This document shows, piece after piece, positions 58,028-64,000 of a stretch of 64,000 nt of DNA. Below the pieces are notes generated by a model. It was not told the origin of the DNA, ran no database searches, and was given only the letters and a program-made list of their open reading frames with translations. Position numbers and translations under genes: made by a program. The first letter of the stretch is position 1. Each line of letters begins with the position of its first letter. Origin of the DNA: Candidatus Kapaibacterium sp. (GTDB taxonomy: Bacteria > Bacteroidota > Ignavibacteria > Kapaibacteriales > WFXC01); assembly GCA_015490805.1 (NCBI GenBank), contig WFXC01000018.1, positions 72,880 to 136,879 of the forward strand. The letters are read 5' to 3'.

Positions 58028-60847
58028 ATGCTAAGAAAATGGATCGCTGGATTCGTACTGGGCATATGCCTTTCGACCGGATGGGCGCAACTGGATTCAA
58101 CCGGTATTCGACTGCTGGATTCTGCACTCCAGTTCTATGGACTGACCCATCAGGATCTCTGGCTGGCGTGGGATGCCGTAGCGGATGATTCCCATCGCTT
58201 AGCAGTCGTGAAACAGGTCTTTGAGCAGCCATTGTCTGTTTTCAAAGTGTTAGACCGGTACCAGCAGGCAGCGCAGTACAGTGTGGACCGTTTGTTGATC
58301 CGTGCTCAGCGCGATCTGGAATGTGATCCCTATCGGGCACAATCCCTGGCATTGCGTTATACCACGCGGCAAATGGACTCTGCTGTCGGTTTTTCAATCG
58401 ATGAGCGGTTCTCGCTTCCTGAAGCGGCAGTGCTTCGGCAAATTCTCCCGTTGTTGATGACCGCTACAGCATCAGTGCATCAGGTGCGTGCTGAATGGAA
58501 TCCTGATTCGTTGCAGTATGTCCTGACCTACCTGGATTCGCTGTTGTTACCTTCGGAGGAAGCAGCCGATTTGAATCTGTATGAGCTGAAAGCGGAAGAG
58601 TATCGGTGGAATCGAATTAGCAAGAAATTTTTCCGGCTGGCATCGATTCAGATGATCCGTTCGCTGGTCCATCGCTCTATTGATTGCTTGGCGTACGTGC
58701 TGGCGCTTCCGATTTTGAACAACCACGTTTCGGAGCATTACCGCGATATTCAGCCTGTGGAAATTCCAACGCCGATGGGAACGATTGCAATTGGCGGCTA
58801 CGGAGATGATGTGTATCGCAAGCCATACGCTGTGATTATCGATTTCGGTGGTAATGATCGCTATCTGTTCCCATCGCTGACGAAGGAAGAAAAATTTCAG
58901 CAGCCGGTGCAGTGCATCATTGACCTGGCGGGGAATGATGTGTACGTTGGCGGGGATTATGCGTGGGCGTCTTCGGTGTTTGGAATGAGCTTTTTGATCG
59001 ATGCAGCGGGCAATGATGTCTATGTCGGTGAGAATTTTACTCAGGGATCTGGGGTTTTTGGAGTTGGCGTGTTGGTGGATAAAGCAGGGCACGACCGGTA
59101 TATTGCCCGAAGTTGTGCGCAGGGCAGCGGTGCATTTGGGATCGGCGTTCTGTGGGATTCCACTGGCAATGATCTCTATCAGTGTGCGGCGCAGGGACAG
59201 GGATTTGGATTCACGCACGGCGTGGGACTTCTGGTCGACTTTGCGGGCAACGATCTGTACACAACCACCAGCCCGTTTCAGGATTTTCTTCGGTATGATC
59301 AGCATTTCCTGTCCTTTACGCAGGGAGCGGCACTGGGCTATCGTCCCATAGCTTCTGGTGGAATCGGTCTGGTACTGGAATTTGCCGGTAATGACGTGTA
59401 CACCAGCGACATCTACGGACAGGGAACAGCGTATTGGTTCGGCATTGGAGCAATCTGCGACCAGAAGGGAGATGATCGGTACGTTTCATACCAGTACGCT
59501 CAGGGCGCGGGTGTGCACTTTGCCCACGGTGTACTCTGGGATCGGCAGGGTAATGATCATTATGCCTCCCACGGCGTTTCTCAAGGATGTGGGCACGATG
59601 TGGCGCTGGGAGTGTTGCTGGATGAAGCAGGGGATGATGATTACACCGTGGAAAGCCTGTCGCTGGGTGGCGGCAATGCGGATGCCATCTCCATTTTACT
59701 GGATTACCTTGGGGATGACACTTACATCGCGCGGCAGGAGTGGAATATGCTGGGCTATTCGGATTACCGTCGCCGCTATGGAATGCTGGGACTCTTTATC
59801 GACGGGCAGGGATGGGATCGGTATGGTGAAACCATTGTGCGAAATAATGTGGCAACGCTGAAATCAACCTTCGGCAGTTTTTATGATGCAGAGGTTGTGG
59901 AAAAGCCGGAGCAGAAGCGGACGGAACCACCGCTGACTCCACCGGATTCTTTGAAAGAACCGCTGGCAAATTCGCTGGACAGTTTGTTTATCCAGGCTTC
60001 TGCAGCGCCGCAGAAGTATCAGTACAATGTGAAACCGGCTCGCGAGAAAATCATTGCAATGGGGCGAGCAGCGCTGCCATTTTTAGCAAAAAAGCTGGGG
60101 ACAGAATCAGCACGTGAGCGGCACGCGCTGGTGTATATTCTACGCAAACTGTACGATCGGGATACCGCAGCCATTACGCAACTGGTTGTTGATTCGCTCC
60201 AGTCGAAAAATCCTCGCGTTCTGGGAATGGTTGCAATTATCGCAGGGGAAAAGAAAATTCGAGCAGCGTTGCCCTTTTTAACACCGCTGCTGCACCATTC
60301 TCAGTGGCGTCGCCGGCAACTGGCAGCGTACGTCATTGGGCTGATTGGAAATTCTACGTATGCAGATACCCTTCGGCTGGTCTGGCAAACAGAGCAGCAC
60401 CCATTTGTGCAGATGCGGTTAGCCACTGCTATTGCCCGCTTGCAGCCGCCGTGGCTCTGGGACTGGATCGTTGAACCCTTGCAGCGTAGTCGATGGGTCG
60501 TTGGGCCCAATACCGTCGAGACGCTGCGCCGCTACGGCGATTCACTTTCGTGGACGACCTTTTATCGGATTGTTCAACAGCTACAAGATACTCCAGAAGC
60601 GCTGGCAATGTGGATGTGGATTCTGCCAAAAGTACGTTTCGCATCGACCGATACGTCGCTTATCCAGCGCTGGATTGCTTCGCTGTCGCTCCAGCAGCAG
60701 CGGCAACTGGTAGCGCAATTCTGGCGGCAGCCGCAACATCGATGGGCAGATCAAATTCGCCGGGCACTCCGTAAAGCAAAGCCATTGCAGGCGTTGCTCC
60801 ACCGATGGGAAGCGGTTCATCGGCTTTCTTCCGTTCAGAAACAGTGA
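58028..60847 (+). CDS. 939 aa secreted protein with three parts: an N-terminal helical region, about 11 tandem roughly 23 aa G-[ND]-D-x-Y repeats (predicted beta-helix or beta-solenoid), and C-terminal HEAT (PBS-lyase-like) repeats
   Basis: Signal peptide MLRKWIAGFVLGICLSTGWAQ. Repeat units such as AQGSGAFGIGVLWDSTGNDLY, AGNDVYVGG, AGHDRYIAR, QGNDHYASH, AGDDDYTVE. HEAT-like helices (ALPFLAKKLGTESARERHALVYILRKL..., LAAYVIGLIGNS). Confidence 0.6.
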   Translation: MLRKWIAGFVLGICLSTGWAQLDSTGIRLLDSALQFYGLTHQDLWLAWDAVADDSHRLAVVKQVFEQPLSVFKVLDRYQQAAQYSVDRLLIRAQRDLECDPYRAQSLALRYTTRQMDSAVGFSIDERFSLPEAAVLRQILPLLMTATASVHQVRAEWNPDSLQYVLTYLDSLLLPSEEAADLNLYELKAEEYRWNRISKKFFRLASIQMIRSLVHRSIDCLAYVLALPILNNHVSEHYRDIQPVEIPTPMGTIAIGGYGDDVYRKPYAVIIDFGGNDRYLFPSLTKEEKFQQPVQCIIDLAGNDVYVGGDYAWASSVFGMSFLIDAAGNDVYVGENFTQGSGVFGVGVLVDKAGHDRYIARSCAQGSGAFGIGVLWDSTGNDLYQCAAQGQGFGFTHGVGLLVDFAGNDLYTTTSPFQDFLRYDQHFLSFTQGAALGYRPIASGGIGLVLEFAGNDVYTSDIYGQGTAYWFGIGAICDQKGDDRYVSYQYAQGAGVHFAHGVLWDRQGNDHYASHGVSQGCGHDVALGVLLDEAGDDDYTVESLSLGGGNADAISILLDYLGDDTYIARQEWNMLGYSDYRRRYGMLGLFIDGQGWDRYGETIVRNNVATLKSTFGSFYDAEVVEKPEQKRTEPPLTPPDSLKEPLANSLDSLFIQASAAPQKYQYNVKPAREKIIAMGRAALPFLAKKLGTESARERHALVYILRKLYDRDTAAITQLVVDSLQSKNPRVLGMVAIIAGEKKIRAALPFLTPLLHHSQWRRRQLAAYVIGLIGNSTYADTLRLVWQTEQHPFVQMRLATAIARLQPPWLWDWIVEPLQRSRWVVGPNTVETLRRYGDSLSWTTFYRIVQQLQDTPEALAMWMWILPKVRFASTDTSLIQRWIASLSLQQQRQLVAQFWRQPQHRWADQIRRALRKAKPLQALLHRWEAVHRLSSVQKQ

Positions 60848-61002
60848 AGGATCGACGCCGTCTGGAAAAAATGTGTTGCGCTGGTTGACAGTCTCCCACT
60901 GGAAGCGCGATCGGCACTTGCGATGCACCGGTCAAGTTGCCTGGGATTTGCCGGATTAATCCCCCTCCAGCAAAAGGTGATGAGCAGGCAGGAAGTTGAA
61001 CC

Positions 61003-62775
61003 CTAAGAGCTACGCTGGAGCTTCTGGCGGAGTTCTTCGATCTTTTGTTCATACGCTGCTGCTTTTTCCGGATACTGTTGTTGCAGTTTCTGGTAGGTCT
61101 GGATCGCTTCTGCAAATCTGCCCTGTTGTACTAAGATCTGAGCCATTGTTTCGGTTGCAATCGGTGGCACGTCGCTGGAGCGCTCTGGTGAAGGAGAGGG
61201 TGGTTCTTCCGACGCAGGCATAGATGGTGACGGTGGTTCCTCCTGACGGATTTGATTCAGCTTTCGCGCTAAGGTTTCCAGTGGCGTAAGGATCGGCGCA
61301 ATTTCCTGATCCGTCACCATTTCCGGCATAGTTTCCAGTGAGGAAGGCGGCGTCAGAGGAGAGTGGAAAGAAAGCTCCGATGGAAAAGGAGGTGGCGCCG
61401 GCACTGTGTGCTCTGTGCTATGGAGGGGGAGCGAGGGAGATTCCACCATTCCCAGGCTGCTGAATTCCAAGCCCGGTATCAGCCGGATGTAGCGGGAGTT
61501 GTAGCGCCGCAGTTTTTCATCCGGATCTCCGGGATGTTCCGTGATGAGCTGAAAGGGCCCGGGAAGGAGTTGTCCACTGTCTGTTGCTTCGGTTGTCGAT
61601 GGATGTTCCGTTTCCTGCCTGGCAGTTGATTCGGAAAGGACTTCGGTTTCCGTATCTGGTCCATTTGCTGCTACCGGTGGCGTAGATGTGTCTGTGTCAG
61701 TTATTTCCTCCGCGCCCAGAAGCTCCGGGATGAGCGAAAGATCGTTTATTTCTGCGGAAGAAGGCGATGCAATGCCGTGTGCCGCTGGAAGATCTTCCGT
61801 CGTTGCTTCTGATGCGGCAAGATCCTCAGCAACGTGTTTCCTGTCGTCCAGCGTCAGCGGAGCGGGTTCCGATTCTGATTCGGTTATTTCTGGTGAAGTG
61901 ATCGTTGCCGGTGGCGATTCAGTGTGTGATGTTCCAGCGTCGGCGTCGCTGGTTTCCAGCGGGACAGTAGCTTCAGAAACTGCAAGTGCTTCGGACGGCT
62001 GTGACGTTTCCGGTTCCGGTGAAGTATCGCCCGGTTGCGCAGGAATTTCAGAAGATAGCGTTTCTTGTGGTGAAGGTTCTTCCGTCGATGCAGTGTCAAC
62101 AGCCGTTTCTTCCAGCGAAGCTGCAGGTGTGGTCAGCAGCAAGGAAGATTCGGCTGATGATGCTTCGCTTTCTACTGGTAGGGGTGGCTCCGATGCACCT
62201 AGTTCTGTTTCTCTACCTGCTTCGAGTGATGCTGTGCTTGCTGCTGTCGTCGTATCCATCCCTGCATCGTCCGCCTGCGCTGTTCCCACCGCCTGGGATT
62301 CGACCGGAGTTGTCGAGAATGGTTCGGAAATGTCCGGAGGTGCTTCGCTGATGATTTCTTCTTTGGGTAGTGCTTCTTCTGTTGCTTCTTCTGGTTCTGA
62401 AAGTTGTTGCGTTGCGCTTTCTGGTTCGCTGGATGCTTCTTCGGTAGATGTCGGCGCAGGAGTGGGTTCGGCAAAGGACTCGATCGTTGCTTCTTCAGCC
62501 TGAGCGTGGTCGGCAAGTCGGGCAACGAGGATTTCCTGATAGAGACTGAGCACCTGCGGATCGCGGGGAAATCGCTGGCGCGCGGCATCCGCGATAGCGG
62601 CTGCTTCCTCTAACCGATGTTGCTCTTTGTAAAATTGTGCAAGCACGACATACGCAGTAACATACTCCGGATAAATCTGAAGACCTTCCTTCAGAAGCTG
62701 AATCGCTTCGTCCCGGGAGCCGGCGTCCCATAGTTGCCGGGCGTCCTGAAGAAACAGAGCTGAAACCGTTGCCAT
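61003..62775 (-). CDS. TPR-repeat protein with a roughly 400 aa low-complexity acidic Ser/Thr/Glu/Pro-rich central region
   Basis: N-terminal TPRs (YPEYVTAYVVLAQFYKEQHRLEEA). C-terminal TPR-like helices (AQILVQQGRFAEAIQTYQKLQQQYPEKAAAY). Long disordered S/T/E/P/A-rich middle. Confidence 0.65.
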   Translation of the reverse strand: MATVSALFLQDARQLWDAGSRDEAIQLLKEGLQIYPEYVTAYVVLAQFYKEQHRLEEAAAIADAARQRFPRDPQVLSLYQEILVARLADHAQAEEATIESFAEPTPAPTSTEEASSEPESATQQLSEPEEATEEALPKEEIISEAPPDISEPFSTTPVESQAVGTAQADDAGMDTTTAASTASLEAGRETELGASEPPLPVESEASSAESSLLLTTPAASLEETAVDTASTEEPSPQETLSSEIPAQPGDTSPEPETSQPSEALAVSEATVPLETSDADAGTSHTESPPATITSPEITESESEPAPLTLDDRKHVAEDLAASEATTEDLPAAHGIASPSSAEINDLSLIPELLGAEEITDTDTSTPPVAANGPDTETEVLSESTARQETEHPSTTEATDSGQLLPGPFQLITEHPGDPDEKLRRYNSRYIRLIPGLEFSSLGMVESPSLPLHSTEHTVPAPPPFPSELSFHSPLTPPSSLETMPEMVTDQEIAPILTPLETLARKLNQIRQEEPPSPSMPASEEPPSPSPERSSDVPPIATETMAQILVQQGRFAEAIQTYQKLQQQYPEKAAAYEQKIEELRQKLQRSS

Positions 62776-62811
62776 TTTTTCCTGTGTTTTTCTGTTTCCG
62801 CCGTTGCAAAT

Positions 62812-63621
62812 CTACGAATTTTGCTGCAAGGAATGGTAGGTGACGGCAAAGGCGCGCGCTTTTTCCGGATCAATGGGTGCAGCCGTAGATCCGCCGACCT
62901 TGATTGCGGTACCGACAATGCAGCCATCGAAGAATGGGGCGAGGGTCTGAAGCAGCTCTGGCGTGGCTCCACTCCCAACAATGAGCGGGATCTGTGGAAG
63001 GTGTGTTTTAAGCTGTCGAAACAGGGCAGCGTCTGGAGCGGTGCCGGTTGCTGGCCCGGTGAGGATTAACGCATCAGCTTTGCCACGTTCAACCATCTCT
63101 TCCGCTACGGTGAGGAGCGGGCGATCTCGCAGCGGGGCAGCGTGCTTCACATTGAGATCTGCCCACAGGGCGACCGTACTATTCAACTGCTGGCGGTAGC
63201 GGATCGTGAGATGCGCCTTGCCCTGTAAAATGCCCTGATCGGTGATAGCAGCACCGGTATGGACATTGATACGGATGAAGTCGGCGCCGGTGATGTGCGC
63301 AACTGCCAGTGCTTCAGCCGTGGCATTGCGAAGTATATTGATGCCCAGAAGCAAGTGGGGAAATTGAGACCGAATTGCATCGGCAATGACTGCCATCGCA
63401 GCAGTGATATGTGGGGGAACGGTATCGGGATGGAATGGAGCGTCTCCGAAGTTTTCCAGCAGCACGCCATTGAAATGTGCCGCTTCCAGTATGGCAGCTT
63501 GCTCCAGCGCATATCGTCGCAACTCTTTCATCGTGTGAGTGTTCCCTGGTTCGCCCGGTAAAGCTGGCAGATGGATCATCCCGATCAGCGGTCTGGATTG
63601 GAAAAGGGTGTCTGTGTTCAT
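62812..63621 (-). CDS. BtpA/SgcQ family protein (TIM-barrel)
   Basis: 269 aa. BtpA family N-terminal pattern (LIGMIHLPALPG...). Barrel-like alternation of hydrophobic strands. Confidence 0.65.
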   Translation of the reverse strand: MNTDTLFQSRPLIGMIHLPALPGEPGNTHTMKELRRYALEQAAILEAAHFNGVLLENFGDAPFHPDTVPPHITAAMAVIADAIRSQFPHLLLGINILRNATAEALAVAHITGADFIRINVHTGAAITDQGILQGKAHLTIRYRQQLNSTVALWADLNVKHAAPLRDRPLLTVAEEMVERGKADALILTGPATGTAPDAALFRQLKTHLPQIPLIVGSGATPELLQTLAPFFDGCIVGTAIKVGGSTAAPIDPEKARAFAVTYHSLQQNS

Positions 63622-63669
63622 CGCAGGTCAAGGTTGTTGCTATACGCTTCGTTGTCCGCTGGTGACGAC

Positions 63670-64000
63670 CTAAGATTGCACTTCGGGTACAAATTGCTCA
63701 ACCCATCGGATGAGATAGGCTTTGGCAATGCGTTCGCCGGGACGAATTCGACGAAAGGTTTGCCATAGCCGGAGGAGGCGAGTTTTATAGACCGGCAGAG
63801 CAAACAGTTTGCAGTGCAGGGCATAGTACAACAGGCGAATAAAGGAGCGAATGATCCGTGGATGGAGTTGTTTGAACCGGCGCTGCCGCAGGCGCTCGAC
63901 TAAGTAGGTGAGTTGATCCAGTTTCTGGAAACGGTAGTAGATTTGCGCTCTGGTGCGATACGCGCTCATCAGATTGATAATGTCGCCGGTTTCCTGCTCA
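63670..64000 (-). CDS. hypothetical protein, 5'-truncated by the window edge
   Basis: The frame stays open from 63969 to the window end, so the gene continues upstream. The translated portion is basic, Arg/Leu-rich, with no recognisable domain. Confidence 0.3.
   Translation of the reverse strand, partial: EQETGDIINLMSAYRTRAQIYYRFQKLDQLTYLVERLRQRRFKQLHPRIIRSFIRLLYYALHCKLFALPVYKTRLLRLWQTFRRIRPGERIAKAYLIRWVEQFVPEVQS

Overview
This 64 kb window is a densely coded chromosomal segment of about 53 genes from a bacterium I infer to be in the Fibrobacteres-Chlorobi-Bacteroidetes (FCB) group (Bacteroidota / Rhodothermota / Ignavibacteriota-like). The taxonomic inference rests on the genes called below: six proteins with type IX secretion system (T9SS) C-terminal sorting domains, genes without Shine-Dalgarno sites and with A-rich leaders, flgE (so the organism is flagellated), Tat-dependent export, and GC of about 53-55%.

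Housekeeping content:
- The 3' end of a class II (B12-dependent) ribonucleotide reductase gene.
- An isolated ftsQ-ftsA-ftsZ block facing a Xer-family recombinase gene.
- gcvT, an acyl-CoA carboxyltransferase, rsmI, rho, ugd, queE, mobA, pyrF.
- sdhC-sdhD-sdhA with no sdhB alongside.
- A GH57 glucan enzyme, purB, tsaB, recF-DUF721-gyrB, rsfS, mutL, ruvA and a BtpA-family gene.

What stands out:
- **Hairpin repeat family.** Short palindromic units (REP-like) cluster in three intergenic loci at 18.9-19.5, 41.7-42.2 and 55.9-56.2 kb. Two of the loci carry a near-identical 145 nt multi-hairpin element.
- **Tandem repeat.** A perfect 13 bp unit is repeated about 8.7 times at 42258-42370.
- **T9SS cargo cluster at 42.6-54.0 kb, bracketed by the repeat loci.** It holds a small Cys-rich secreted protein with an apparent -1 frameshift, a BNR/Asp-box protein, an HAF-repeat protein, a glycosidase-like protein, a 1346 aa Ig-like surface protein whose ATG overlaps the mutL stop codon, and a ParB/sulfiredoxin-fold protein.
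- **Rieske protein.** A [2Fe-2S] Rieske protein carries both a twin-arginine signal and a T9SS C-terminal domain.
- **Repeat protein.** A 939 aa secreted protein has about 11 tandem G-[ND]-D-x-Y repeats followed by HEAT repeats.

I found no rRNA, tRNA or CRISPR.
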